Shown: piece after piece, positions 35,455 through 45,823 of the stretch
Position numbering within the stretch: the first letter of the stretch is position 1
Layout: the number at the start of each line of letters is the position of its first letter
Source of the DNA: a virus
Taxonomy: Duplodnaviria; Heunggongvirae; Uroviricota; Caudoviricetes
Virus record (IMG/VR): IMGVR_UViG_3300037418_001222
DNA: 49,910 nt
Reading direction: 5' to 3' (one strand)
The notes under the pieces: generated by a model
What the model saw: only the letters and a program-made list of their open reading frames with translations
Told to the model about the DNA's origin: nothing
Database searches by the model: none
Translations under genes and position numbers: made by a program

Positions 35455-37788
35455 TTAAGAATTTTCGTCTTCTTGCTCTTCTTCAGCTATACCAACAGGC
35501 ATTGCTTTTGAAGCTATCTTATCTACAGCCTTTCTAATTCCATTCGCTCGATTAGCTCTTTTGAAAGTATCGTGCATTCCTCCAGTCATATCTCCCTTAC
35601 CGTACTTCTTCATTGAAGATACGTGGAGATTCTGTTTTGACTTAGAAGCTTTTACCGCATACTTGGTTAGAGTATTTGCTGAGAGTTCATCAATTTGCTC
35701 TTCTTTGATTGCTTTTCCAATCTTTGAGAGAACTTTATCTAGATCTTTCTTCTTCCTAAGAGCAGATACTTCATCGCCCTTTGGATCTTCTAGAGTGATT
35801 TCATTATCATCTACTTTTTTGACAGAAAGATCTTCACTAATGGTTCCCTTGAACCCATCCTTGGTTAGCTTCTTATGAAGATCTGAAGCCTTACCATAAT
35901 GATAGTCAACTACCTTACCCTTGTGAGAGATAAAGTGATGCTTTGGATCATTTGGATGGCGATGGATCGATAGAGCAGCGCCGTGATCATTGGTGTATGC
36001 ACCAACCTTTACTAGCTCATCTAGTTGCTCTACTTCTTCTTTGATTCTACTGATAGCACGGTCAATTCCAGTGTTACGATTCTTAATCTTTCTTAGGTGA
36101 GTCTTCCACTCCTGACGTCCCTCTTCTCTCTCCTTTGGAGTAGCGCCATTCTCCATCTTATTCTTTGCCTGACGACGAAGAGAAGTGGCTTTGATTCTAC
36201 CATCTAAATTCGAACTAACTCCATAATGACGATCCGCATGATCTGGAATTGCTTTCTCGAGATATCTATGAGCAAGATCACTCGAAATCTCATCGATTTG
36301 CTCTTCACTAATGCTCTCATTGTGAGAACCATAGTACGCTCCGAGCGCCATCTTGATACGCTCTTTCTTAGACTTCCCTTTGAACTTAGGATTTTTTGAG
36401 TGAACGAAATCGTGGATCCAGTCTGAAGCAGAAGCACCTGGCCCGAGCCTCTCAATTAGAAAAGGGACTTCGCCTTCTTTGGCTACCTCTTCTCTAGCAA
36501 GCTTCTTCTCTGCTTTTTCAATATTTTGTCTACGATTCTCGGCCTTCCACATATGCTTTTTAGCTTGCCAGTCGTGCTCGTCGTGCTGTCTCTTAGCAAG
36601 ACCCTGATGCATGTTGTCCATTACATCATGAGCATGAGCGGAAGCTTTAGCTTTTGTAATATAGCGACCAAGGAGAGCTTTTGATAGCTCATCGATCTGC
36701 TCGTCTTCAAGGACAGCCTGAACCTCTTCAATAGTTGACTCCTTAAGAGCACCATTTAACTTTGATAGTCTGTGCAGCTCGAGCTTGGCCGTACCATGAG
36801 CATCATCGTAGTCATTAGTCTCGTAGTCGGCTGGCTCGTGATGCTTACCATTGATGAAGAACTTCACGCGATGTGTGTTCCATTCGGAATCTCTATAAAT
36901 CTTGGCGTGGTGATTGCCACAATCTGAATTGATTGTGGCTTTTAGACGCTCTCCACGAGATTCAGCAAGTGTGCGAACTCTCTTGATCATCTCAAGAGCA
37001 GCGCCCTCACCGAATGCAGCCTTCGAGATCTTCTCTTTCTTCTGCTTCTCTGCCATATTAAGACCCTTACGACGATGATCAATCTTCTTACTTAGAGGAT
37101 TGAGTGGTGCCTTCGCTGCCTTGGCATAGCGCACAATAGTTCTGAATGATAGCTCATCGAGCTGTTGCTCTCCAGTGGCTTCTGTCTCTTCGTGCTTAGC
37201 CATTGGTGGTCCTTCATACTGAGGAAGAGCGCGATTACGCTGGTGAGCCTTAATTGCAGACTTTAGAACATCTGGACGTCCCTTCTTACGAGCAGCGTTG
37301 GCTACTTTCTTAAGAGTTTCTGTTGAGAGCTCATCGACCTGCTCGACTTCTTCTTTCTGAGTCTTCTTGTTCATGATATCACGAGCGATGTTATTAATGT
37401 CTCTATCAACTTCACTCTTCTCTCTTGAAGTAGTGGTTAGAACAATCTCTTCTTCCTTAGCAAATTCTGGAGCAGGAACGTGTGGTTCTGGCATTGGAAT
37501 AGCTTCTGGTGAAGAGAGTTCTGGACGGACGGTGATTAGACCATGAGCTGTTGCTCTCTCAAGAACGTCAGCGGCCATCTCCATCTCTCCAGCGGCGACA
37601 GAAATAGAATTTCCTTCTATCTTCGCTGATGGGCATCCAAAGTTCTTGAGGATGTTGAGAGCATGAGTTAGACGCTCCTCTTCAGGAGTCTTAAGTGCTG
37701 GGTTCATGTTATCTGAAGCCTTACTCTCGGTAAGGTTAGACTTAGCCATGATGCTCCTGATAAGGTTCTCAGGTGAACGATAGGTCAT
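35455..37788 (-). CDS. large repetitive putative internal-head polyprotein
   Basis: six (E/Q)Q(I/L/V)DE(L/I)S-type repeats, each followed by a basic module; late promoter. Confidence 0.7.
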   Translation of the reverse strand: MTYRSPENLIRSIMAKSNLTESKASDNMNPALKTPEEERLTHALNILKNFGCPSAKIEGNSISVAAGEMEMAADVLERATAHGLITVRPELSSPEAIPMPEPHVPAPEFAKEEEIVLTTTSREKSEVDRDINNIARDIMNKKTQKEEVEQVDELSTETLKKVANAARKKGRPDVLKSAIKAHQRNRALPQYEGPPMAKHEETEATGEQQLDELSFRTIVRYAKAAKAPLNPLSKKIDHRRKGLNMAEKQKKEKISKAAFGEGAALEMIKRVRTLAESRGERLKATINSDCGNHHAKIYRDSEWNTHRVKFFINGKHHEPADYETNDYDDAHGTAKLELHRLSKLNGALKESTIEEVQAVLEDEQIDELSKALLGRYITKAKASAHAHDVMDNMHQGLAKRQHDEHDWQAKKHMWKAENRRQNIEKAEKKLAREEVAKEGEVPFLIERLGPGASASDWIHDFVHSKNPKFKGKSKKERIKMALGAYYGSHNESISEEQIDEISSDLAHRYLEKAIPDHADRHYGVSSNLDGRIKATSLRRQAKNKMENGATPKEREEGRQEWKTHLRKIKNRNTGIDRAISRIKEEVEQLDELVKVGAYTNDHGAALSIHRHPNDPKHHFISHKGKVVDYHYGKASDLHKKLTKDGFKGTISEDLSVKKVDDNEITLEDPKGDEVSALRKKKDLDKVLSKIGKAIKEEQIDELSANTLTKYAVKASKSKQNLHVSSMKKYGKGDMTGGMHDTFKRANRANGIRKAVDKIASKAMPVGIAEEEQEDENS

Positions 37789-37835
37789 TGTGGTCTCCCA
37801 TTGATTCTTATGTTTATTTATGTAGAGACGAAATT

Positions 37836-38957
37836 CTACTTTTTATTCTTACGGTCTCTTAGGATGGATAGAACCTTTGCCGCATGCTGGTGCTTTCTAG
37901 ATCTATGAAGATGAATGCGCTTCAACTCTGGATCGCGTTCTCTCTTTCCAATCTCTCTACCAGCCTGAGCGTGAGCCGAGTGAAGGAGTTCTCTGTTCTT
38001 CAGATATTCCTTACCCTCGTGTACGTTTAGGTTCTTCTTTAGAAGCTTAACTCTGACGAGTCTCTGATCACGCCACTTATCGGTTAGCTGGTGCTTAGAC
38101 CTACTAATAAACTGTGACGTGTCGTGCTGTGATCTTGGTTTATAGTCTTGCTTCGTGACATATTGTGTCTTATGGAGTCTAGCAAAACCCTTCATCTTAC
38201 GATTCTTACGGTGTCTAACTTCTGGCTTCTTAGTGTCTCTCCAGTGCACGGCAGCAAGATAGGTAGAGGTCTTCAATTCTCTTTCCTGAAGACAGAATTC
38301 TGAGAACGAGACTGACTCTGATATTTCGGCGTGTTTGAACGCAGACTTACGTCCGTGTTCATTCCAGAACTTCACTTTTCCGTGCTTATTCGAAGACTTA
38401 TATCCAGGACCACCTGCAGTCATTATCGGTTGGACATATGCCTTTTTATGTTCTGGATGACGAATCTTTTCTTCTGACACCTCTACTTCTTCCTTTAATT
38501 TTTGTGGAGTAATCTTTCTCTGAATCTTATCGATTAGACGATATCTTCTAGCAGAAATCTTATCGTGTTCATTGGCCTTAGTGGCATGAGATCTGAACGC
38601 TTCATTGTCTCCATTCGCTCGAGCTCTTAAAGCGTTCATTCTAGATCTGAGATATTCGATATCGTGGTGGTGAGCGTCTCCTTGAGCCTTCTCAAAGGCT
38701 GATCTCATTAGTCGAGGAGAGATCTCATCGAGCTGCTCTTCAGAAACATTCTTGTTAAGAAGACGCTCTGCTCTAGCGATTCCAGCCTTTGCCTTCTTAT
38801 GAACTTTAGACTCTTCTGGAGTGTGATCGATTACGTGCTTGGACTTACGAATGTAGTTATGATACGTAGAAGTCGAGAGCTCTGAACACAAAGAAGGGCC
38901 GTCCTCCTGTTCATTAGGAGACACGACCCTATTATATTCTGAGAATTTCTTTATCAT
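37836..38957 (-). CDS. basic putative internal head protein
   Basis: MIKKFSEY start, EQLDEIS repeat, very K/R/H-rich; TATAAATA upstream. Confidence 0.68.
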   Translation of the reverse strand: MIKKFSEYNRVVSPNEQEDGPSLCSELSTSTYHNYIRKSKHVIDHTPEESKVHKKAKAGIARAERLLNKNVSEEQLDEISPRLMRSAFEKAQGDAHHHDIEYLRSRMNALRARANGDNEAFRSHATKANEHDKISARRYRLIDKIQRKITPQKLKEEVEVSEEKIRHPEHKKAYVQPIMTAGGPGYKSSNKHGKVKFWNEHGRKSAFKHAEISESVSFSEFCLQERELKTSTYLAAVHWRDTKKPEVRHRKNRKMKGFARLHKTQYVTKQDYKPRSQHDTSQFISRSKHQLTDKWRDQRLVRVKLLKKNLNVHEGKEYLKNRELLHSAHAQAGREIGKRERDPELKRIHLHRSRKHQHAAKVLSILRDRKNKK

Positions 38958-39306
38958 TCCACACGACTTTAATAAACGTTTATCGTATGGATATTTATAG
39001 ATTTAGAATTCGCTGAAGAACGCCTCGATCTTGCGATCGATATAATGTTCAAGCTGACATGAACTCCAACAGAAGAACATCAGCCCATAGAAGATATCAA
39101 AGAAAAGACTTGTCCAGTTCATAAATCCCTCCTATTCATTCTTTATATCTAAGTTTCTGGTCGAAGTATACCACATTATTAGAGAAACTTGCATTTAATA
39201 TCCAGCTGGCCATATTACCCACCAGAATATGGATTTACATTGAAAACAAGGAAAATACGTTCTCATAAGGGATTGAATTTACAAGGCAGAATTAGGCAAC
39301 GGATAA

Positions 39307-39340
39307 CAAAAAAGGGAGGAATCCCGTTAAGGACCCTCCC
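39307..39340 (-). terminator. Rho-independent terminator
   Basis: GGGAGGGTCC-TTAACG-GGATTCCTCCC followed by a T run. Confidence 0.75.
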
Positions 39341-39350
39341 CAAGATATCA

Positions 39351-39490
39351 TCAGCGCGGACGAGAGGAACCACCACCTGCTCTGAAGAGCGACCTCGTCA
39401 ATTCCTAGATACATTAGCAACTTGCCACTGGGTCTGCAGACCCCAACACGCTGAGAGGAACTCGGAGTGTCAGAATCCGAATCCCTCTGA
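39351..39490 (-). ncRNA. structured late-transcribed ncRNA of unknown family
   Basis: between TATAAATA (39500-39507) and a terminator, no credible ORF, multiple helices. Confidence 0.65.
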
Positions 39491-39499
39491 TAGTACTAT

Positions 39500-39507
39500 T
39501 ATTTATA
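39500..39507 (-). promoter_or_regulatory. T4-type late promoter TATAAATA
   Basis: exact consensus; exact or TAAATA-core copies also precede the 35418, 37788, 38957, 47286 and 2757 genes. Confidence 0.75.
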
Positions 39508-39694
39508 CTAGAATCTCACATTTTTGTAGGAAAAAATCAGGAGTTCTACCATCGAACCCGAATCCAAAATTCAAATTACGAGAGATGACCTTGGCAGTGG
39601 CTTCTGTTAGACCCGTGATGATGTCTTTTACCTCACCATTACTTACTTCAACGACCTTAAACTTATCGTTATCATGATGTACTCGGTAACCCAT
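39503..39694 (-). CDS. hypothetical protein
   Basis: NLNFGFGFDGRTPDFF motif typical downstream of gp41 in T4-like phages. Confidence 0.7.
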   Translation of the reverse strand: MGYRVHHDNDKFKVVEVSNGEVKDIITGLTEATAKVISRNLNFGFGFDGRTPDFFLQKCEILV

Positions 39695-39891
39695 TAACCA
39701 TTCAACTCCTGTTTTGAAGAATAACCAATTGCACTTAGAAAATCTGACGTACTCATCTTTCGAATATCAAATGGATGAACAATCCCTTTAAGATATATGG
39801 ACAGACACTTATCCGTGCTTCCAAATTCGTATATCAATCCGACATCATCGGGATCGAATGTGTGTCCTTGTATGGTTACAAACCTGCTCAT
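39694..39891 (-). CDS. hypothetical protein
   Basis: 65-aa ORF, GAGGAG RBS. Confidence 0.6.
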   Translation of the reverse strand: MSRFVTIQGHTFDPDDVGLIYEFGSTDKCLSIYLKGIVHPFDIRKMSTSDFLSAIGYSSKQELNG

Positions 39892-40034
39892 TTGTTCTCC
39901 TCATTATAACATTTTCGGTGAGTCCATGTCGATTCCTCTGGCCCAAACTCGTTTAGAGGAATGAACTCAAAATGTCCTTCTAGACATTCCTTGTATGACA
40001 TGAACTTACCGCATGAATCACACTTAATAGCCAT
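39888..40034 (-). CDS. small zinc-binding protein (48 aa)
   Basis: read manually: MAIKCDSCGKF...THRKCY. Confidence 0.55.
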   Translation of the reverse strand: MAIKCDSCGKFMSYKECLEGHFEFIPLNEFGPEESTWTHRKCYNEENK

Positions 40035-40038
40035 CTTA

Positions 40039-41454
40039 TTATTTGAAACCATTAAATTTCCCCGGACCTGGATATGCGTTCTCTGGTTTCTTCCATCCTT
40101 CCTCCTCTGCTATTCTCCTTCCCGTCTCACTTCGATCCATTACTGGTCCATCTAGGATGTCCTCCTGAGCCTCCTGCTCTACATCATATAGACGCATCTT
40201 TGCCTTGTGGACTCCAATCACGAATCTCTTGCACTTGTTCTTATCAGCGTATCTGTTCTTAAGTTGCTTGAATAGATATTGACCGAGTTCTGCTAGTTCT
40301 TCGGTTTCCATCACTCCGAGCATCAGATCAGCAGTGGCGGGGAGACCAAATGACTCACTGGTGTCAGAGAGGTCGAGGTCCGAAGAATCGTAACCAGACC
40401 TAGTCGTTTGAGTAGCAGAAACGATAGGAACTCCGAACTCAACCGATAGGCCTCTGAGTTCTTCTGCAATTGCTTTGACGTAAGTGTATGAGTTAACATT
40501 CGATGCGTTGCGTAGTCTTGAACTTGCGCATATGTTAATGTAGTCGACATAAATGATATCCGGTTTGAAGTTTTTCTTAAGTTTCAGTTCATTGATTAGA
40601 TGTCTAAAATGATTTACGTGAGCAGATGCAGTTGGAAACTCTTTGACGATAAGTCTTGATCGAGCCTTCTCCCTAACCTTATCCGCCTTCTTCTTTAGAA
40701 CGGCCAGATCTATATTCTCTAGCTCATCTAGTTCTACGTCTAGAAGATTGCCGTCAATTCTCTTCGAGATCTCCTCTTCGGACATCTCTAAGGTGATGTA
40801 TAGAACATTGTATCCCATTGAGAGGTTGGTAGCCGCCCAGTCACACATAATGAGAGACTTACCAACATTGGTTCCTGCTAGGATAATGTTCAGAGTCTTA
40901 TTGGCTATTCCTCCCTTAGTGATCTTATTGAGTAGTTCGATCGCAAATGGAATCTTATGTATCTTCTTTCGATATGAGATGAATCTCTCTTCAAAATTCT
41001 CTAGATAATCGTGACCAATATTAGTATCGAATGCTATCGATAGAGCATCGGTGAATAGCTGAGGAAGAGATCCTGGTCCCTCTCCTTCCTTAGGATCATC
41101 GAGAATCTCAATTGCCTTACGGACAGCATTATACATCGCCTTCTCTTGACAGAACTTCTCGGTACTCTCCATAAGCCAATCCTGAGATTCAATCGCGTTC
41201 TTATCTAGGCTCTGAACTACTTCCTGAGCCGACTTGAATGTCTCTTCATTTAGATTGTTCTTTTTTCCGAGTTCTACTAATAGAGCTCTGGTAGTAGGAG
41301 GAGCATTAAATTTGGTATAATGCTCCTCGATTAATTCAAGCACTACTCTTTCCGATTTATCATGGAAATATTCGCCCTTGACGAAAGGAAGAACCTTTCT
41401 AGCATATTCCTCATTGTAGACTAAATTATTGATCAGTACTTGTTCAAAATTCAT
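40039..41454 (-). CDS. gp41: replicative DNA helicase (T4 gp41-like)
   Basis: AGTNVGKS, YITLEM, YVDYINIC, SATQTTR, SESFGLPATAD, QLKNRY. Confidence 0.96.
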   Translation of the reverse strand: MNFEQVLINNLVYNEEYARKVLPFVKGEYFHDKSERVVLELIEEHYTKFNAPPTTRALLVELGKKNNLNEETFKSAQEVVQSLDKNAIESQDWLMESTEKFCQEKAMYNAVRKAIEILDDPKEGEGPGSLPQLFTDALSIAFDTNIGHDYLENFEERFISYRKKIHKIPFAIELLNKITKGGIANKTLNIILAGTNVGKSLIMCDWAATNLSMGYNVLYITLEMSEEEISKRIDGNLLDVELDELENIDLAVLKKKADKVREKARSRLIVKEFPTASAHVNHFRHLINELKLKKNFKPDIIYVDYINICASSRLRNASNVNSYTYVKAIAEELRGLSVEFGVPIVSATQTTRSGYDSSDLDLSDTSESFGLPATADLMLGVMETEELAELGQYLFKQLKNRYADKNKCKRFVIGVHKAKMRLYDVEQEAQEDILDGPVMDRSETGRRIAEEEGWKKPENAYPGPGKFNGFK

Positions 41455-41514
41455 TCGCACCTTAGCTTTCTTAAGTCCTGATTATATTATAGTTAGCCAC
41501 AAAAGTAAAGGAAT

Positions 41515-42654
41515 TTAGTCTCTAGGATTTAGAGCCTGAGGTATGATTCCACTACCGGCTTCAGGCATTCTATCATAAATACTTTCATCTTCTTCATCAT
41601 CGAGAACACCAGTTAGATCGATCTCGTCCTGGATCAACTTACCGGTTGGAAGCTTAAAGAGTTCCTCGATATAAGATGAGAAGTTAGTCTTGGTTAGAAG
41701 ATGAGTCCATATCTCAGAGTTAGCCTCGATGTCTGCCTCTCTATACATCTTACCGACCAGTTCTCCGGTGTCTTGATCGACCAATTGATACCAACCAACT
41801 TTCGGTTTAGTGATGTAGTTTCCCGCGAGTGACAGCTCGAGAAGACCAGACCACTTATTGATTCCACCCTTATAGAGAACGGTGATCGGAATCTTTGACT
41901 TCTCTTTGATGAACCTGGACTTATCTACGTTAAGAACGAAATGATATCCATCAATAGTCTTATCGGTCTTTTCCTGCTGACGACCGATAATGAAGATGTT
42001 ATCCGCAGAATAGTAAATTCCCGTACCACCAGATACTACAGCTTTAGAATACATCTCTTGAGTCTGATACGTATGGTTTACTACGATCATTGGAATGTTC
42101 TTGATCGTTAGGTGTGGAGTGACCATTCTGAATAGTGACTTGAGCTGCTTTGCTCTAGTCATGTCAGCCGCGGTATTCTGCTTTAGAGCGTCCTCGACCT
42201 CTTTCTTAGAAGCCAGGTTACCGACTGAGTCGATCATGATCATAACCTCGTCACCACGCTCTAGATTGTCGAGCTGTTGCATCACATCGAACTTAAGCTC
42301 TTCGATGTTAGTGATCGGAGTATGGACTACCTTCTCTGGATCGACTCCTAGAGAAGCAAAGTACGAATCTGGTGATCCGAATTCGGAGTCATAGAACAGA
42401 ATCATTCCATTTGGATAAGACTCTAGGAATGCCGAAGCGGCTAGAAGAGTAAATCCCGTCTTGAAGTGCTTTGATGGTCCGGCAAAGATCGTTAGACCAG
42501 AGGTGATTCCTCCATCGGTCTTTCCGGAGAATGCCACATTGATCATTGGCACTCTAGTTCTGATGATCTTCTTTTGATTATAGATCTTGGATTCGGAGAG
42601 TGGAGCGGTTAGTTTGATCGTTGAATTTTTGAGTAAGCGTTCTTTAAGCGACAT
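41515..42654 (-). CDS. uvsX: UvsX RecA-like recombinase
   Basis: AGPSKHFKT, YDSEFG, DMTRAK, VNHTY, SGGTGIYYSAD. Confidence 0.96.
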   Translation of the reverse strand: MSLKERLLKNSTIKLTAPLSESKIYNQKKIIRTRVPMINVAFSGKTDGGITSGLTIFAGPSKHFKTGFTLLAASAFLESYPNGMILFYDSEFGSPDSYFASLGVDPEKVVHTPITNIEELKFDVMQQLDNLERGDEVMIMIDSVGNLASKKEVEDALKQNTAADMTRAKQLKSLFRMVTPHLTIKNIPMIVVNHTYQTQEMYSKAVVSGGTGIYYSADNIFIIGRQQEKTDKTIDGYHFVLNVDKSRFIKEKSKIPITVLYKGGINKWSGLLELSLAGNYITKPKVGWYQLVDQDTGELVGKMYREADIEANSEIWTHLLTKTNFSSYIEELFKLPTGKLIQDEIDLTGVLDDEEDESIYDRMPEAGSGIIPQALNPRD

Positions 42655-42811
42655 ATGTTTCCTTTAAAATGCAAAGTATTAGTTAGTATTAACATGTTCT
42701 CTCGAAAATGTCAACTACTTATGCGAGCCTAACAGCTTCAACCGGCTACTGCCTGTGGGTCTTTCGGGGTTTCTGGTTTGCTCACGCTACTATAAACCCT
42801 TGTTCGCTATT

Positions 42812-45328
42812 CTAGAAGAATGAATCTAGTGTTGCTTTCTTTTCTGTGTTCCATCCAATCACCGAGATGATCTCGTTCAACGGGTGGAGATAAGTTTTCT
42901 GGAATTGCATGTCATAATCGATGAACCTATCCAGTCCGAATTCCTTTGGAAGAGACGAAGTGATTGCGATCACATTCTCTCGACACGGGTTTGGAACCTT
43001 CAAGTATCCAAACTTAATCTTATCTCCAGAATAGATTGGTTCATATGAAGAGATAAGGTTAAAGTCTTTAATAAGCTTATTGAACACTAGAGATGCTCTG
43101 ACATGAATTGGTGTGGATGGTTTATATACCGAAGCGGCGTCATGATACTTCTCAATCTTATTCACGCCTCGAGGCATTGCTATAGCTTCAAATGGTTTAC
43201 CAACAAACTTACTTCTGAATCCATCAATATACTCATGGAGCTCGTTCTCGGTTCCAGTCATTAAGATCTTGAAGGTCTCCTTCATCGCTTCTCTGACTAT
43301 CTGAGGAGTTGATGGCATTACTGCCTTAATTCCAGTGACCTTGATCTCTGGTTCAGAGAATCGGACTCCCTCAATATCATATGCGTTAAGCATATAGTTC
43401 TTAGCCGCCGTCCAGAGACCACGATCAGCAATAGTCTCTCTCTTCATCTTGAGAGCATTCTTATGTGCGTTTAGATATTCGAATATCTCGGTACACGCAT
43501 TGTTGATTACCTCTTGGATCTTTTCCTTCGCCACTTTATCGAGAAAGTCTACGATCTTCTCTTTCGGCGCACCATTTGGAAACACTGATTTCACTAGATC
43601 ATCGAATGTAACATAGATCGAGTCGGTATCAATTGCGATGACCCGATCCTTATTTGTCTTTAGAATCTTATTGAGATAGTCGTTAACGGCTCTCTCCATC
43701 CATCTAATACACATCTGACCGGTCATGGTGATTGCTTCTGCATTATCTAGATCGAACCACCTGAACCAGAGGTTGGTTAGAGCTCCATAAGCGGCGTTTA
43801 ACTGTTCCTTCTTAGAAAGCTGGCGTCCATTGAACTTAGAATAGATGTTCTCTAGTTCAGTCTTCTTCTCTTTATCCTTTTCATCCTGATACAACTTCTT
43901 ATACTTTGTAGCCTCATCCTTAAGTTTCTTTCTATCAGAATACTTGGACTCCATTAGATACGATAGAAAGCTCTGATGATCTTTTCGATACATGGCTAGA
44001 TTTGTCGCTACTGAAAGATCTCTTCCGTTGGTGAGTTGTTTCCAGTTCAACTTTCCATTTAGAGCCTCGTCTACTGACCAACCCGGAATAAACGGTTTGC
44101 CCATAAACGTATCTGGACCAATGTTAAGAAGCATGATTAAGTGTGGATATAGAGAGTCAAAGTCGAATGACATCACCCAGTCATAAATTCCTGGGATGAC
44201 TTCTTTAACGTGACCTCCAACCAAACTCCTGTCCATGTGCTTAACATCTTTAGGAGGAACACAGATGCCCTGATCCAATAGAAAGTTATGAATGATAACG
44301 TCCCACTGCTTCACTGTGGCTAGAGTATCAACATAGTTCACCTTGGCATCATAGGACATGTAGAAGATGCCCTCGATGAACTTGTTCTTCTGTTCAATCT
44401 TATCAACTAGTTCAGCGTCATGGATGTTGTATTCATAGAATTTCTGAGGATCTTTGACATAGAGCTCGAAGAGATCTTCGTACTCCGAGTAATCGATCTT
44501 CTTCTCGCCAAGTTCTTTATGAGCTATTGTGTTGAGCTTCCAATCCTCGGAGTTCTTCTCTTTAGAGAACTTCCTGTATACCTGAGGGTAGTCTAGAATA
44601 GTAACTCCAAGAGGAACATAGACCTGTTCCTCCTTTCCTCTAATGACGATATTTCTTTCATCCATCATACCCCATGGAGAGAGTCGAGCCGCTTGTTCTT
44701 CTCCCATCAAGAGAGTAATTCTATTCACTAGATATGGAATGTCGAAGAACTCAATATGCCATCCTGAAATTACGTCCAGATCAAATTCCTCCCAGACGTC
44801 TAGAAACTTATACAGTAGTTGAGTCTCGTGATCACACTTATTATAGAACGCATTTTCATTTGGAGGGACGAAATCTTTGTATCCAAATACAACTGACTTG
44901 CCATTCTTCCTGAGAGTAATTGCTGTAATTTCGGCATTCGGATTCTTTGGATTAATTCCACCATCCTGCTTAGCCGTTTCGATATCGATATATCCGACAT
45001 TAATCTTTGATATATCAAAATCGATATCTCCTTTATAATTATCGTAGATGTATAGATATACCCAGTCGGTTAGTCCAAAGATATTAAAGTTCTCGATTCC
45101 CTCATATTCCTTAATGAAATCTCGAGCTTCTTTAATTGTAGGAAACCTCATTCTATTTAAAGGCTGTCCTTGAAGAGACTTGAAGTCTGTCTTCTGTCCT
45201 TGTTTAGCTGGAATGAATAGATAAGGTGAATACGGAATCTGACGATGAACTCTATCTCCATTCTCGTCATAACCCCGAACCAGAATCTTTCCACGATTCT
45301 GGTGAACATGTGTATAAAATTTGCCCAT
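42812..45328 (-). CDS. gp43: family B DNA polymerase (T4 gp43-like)
   Basis: DIET exonuclease motif, SFDFDSLYP, KEQLNAAYG, IDTDS, C-terminal clamp-binding LDSFF. Confidence 0.97.
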   Translation of the reverse strand: MGKFYTHVHQNRGKILVRGYDENGDRVHRQIPYSPYLFIPAKQGQKTDFKSLQGQPLNRMRFPTIKEARDFIKEYEGIENFNIFGLTDWVYLYIYDNYKGDIDFDISKINVGYIDIETAKQDGGINPKNPNAEITAITLRKNGKSVVFGYKDFVPPNENAFYNKCDHETQLLYKFLDVWEEFDLDVISGWHIEFFDIPYLVNRITLLMGEEQAARLSPWGMMDERNIVIRGKEEQVYVPLGVTILDYPQVYRKFSKEKNSEDWKLNTIAHKELGEKKIDYSEYEDLFELYVKDPQKFYEYNIHDAELVDKIEQKNKFIEGIFYMSYDAKVNYVDTLATVKQWDVIIHNFLLDQGICVPPKDVKHMDRSLVGGHVKEVIPGIYDWVMSFDFDSLYPHLIMLLNIGPDTFMGKPFIPGWSVDEALNGKLNWKQLTNGRDLSVATNLAMYRKDHQSFLSYLMESKYSDRKKLKDEATKYKKLYQDEKDKEKKTELENIYSKFNGRQLSKKEQLNAAYGALTNLWFRWFDLDNAEAITMTGQMCIRWMERAVNDYLNKILKTNKDRVIAIDTDSIYVTFDDLVKSVFPNGAPKEKIVDFLDKVAKEKIQEVINNACTEIFEYLNAHKNALKMKRETIADRGLWTAAKNYMLNAYDIEGVRFSEPEIKVTGIKAVMPSTPQIVREAMKETFKILMTGTENELHEYIDGFRSKFVGKPFEAIAMPRGVNKIEKYHDAASVYKPSTPIHVRASLVFNKLIKDFNLISSYEPIYSGDKIKFGYLKVPNPCRENVIAITSSLPKEFGLDRFIDYDMQFQKTYLHPLNEIISVIGWNTEKKATLDSFF

Positions 45329-45396
45329 GGGTTCCTTATATCATAAATGACCAAAAATGTCAATGCCTAAATATATTTGAATGAAAGGATATTGTT

Positions 45397-45822
45397 ATGA
45401 CTCCTAGTAAGAATTGCTTATCTCTTATTGAGAGCTTTGAGGGTTGCAAGCTTAAAGCGTATAAGGACCTTCGAGGAATTTGGACTATTGGATACGGACA
45501 TACAAATGGTGTCTATCCTGGTCAAGTCATCACACAACAAGTTGCTGAAGCTCTTCTACAACACGATATTCAGTACGCATCAAGTGTGGTTAACACTCAC
45601 GCCATTCCTTGTACTCAAGGACAATTCGATGCCCTAGTGGATTTTGTCTTCAATCTTGGAGCTGGCAATTTCCTAAGTAGCACTCTTCTAAAAATGCATC
45701 TAGCAAAGAACTATCAGGGGGCCGCCGATCAGTTACTACGATGGGATCATTCAGGAGGTGAAGAAATTCCTGGTCTCTTAAGACGAAGAGAAGCAGAACG
45801 TAAATTGTATTTGGGAGAATAA
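45397..45822 (+). CDS. endolysin, GH24 lysozyme
   Basis: FEG..LKAYKD..GIWTIGYGHT, QFDALVDFVFNLG, GLLRRREAE; TAAATA late promoter upstream. Confidence 0.93.
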   Translation: MTPSKNCLSLIESFEGCKLKAYKDLRGIWTIGYGHTNGVYPGQVITQQVAEALLQHDIQYASSVVNTHAIPCTQGQFDALVDFVFNLGAGNFLSSTLLKMHLAKNYQGAADQLLRWDHSGGEEIPGLLRRREAERKLYLGE

Positions 45823-45823
45823 T

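Noticed and set aside
39189-39677. 162-aa plus-strand ORF
   Set aside because: Antisense to a late-promoter ncRNA, a terminator and a real gene; weak TTG start.
42720-42790. c-di-GMP-I riboswitch-like GCAAACC...GAAAG
   Set aside because: The P2 pairing and downstream consensus are not present.
27774-45328. Introns or inteins in nrdB, nrdA, thyX, gp41, uvsX or gp43
   Set aside because: All are uninterrupted and of normal length.
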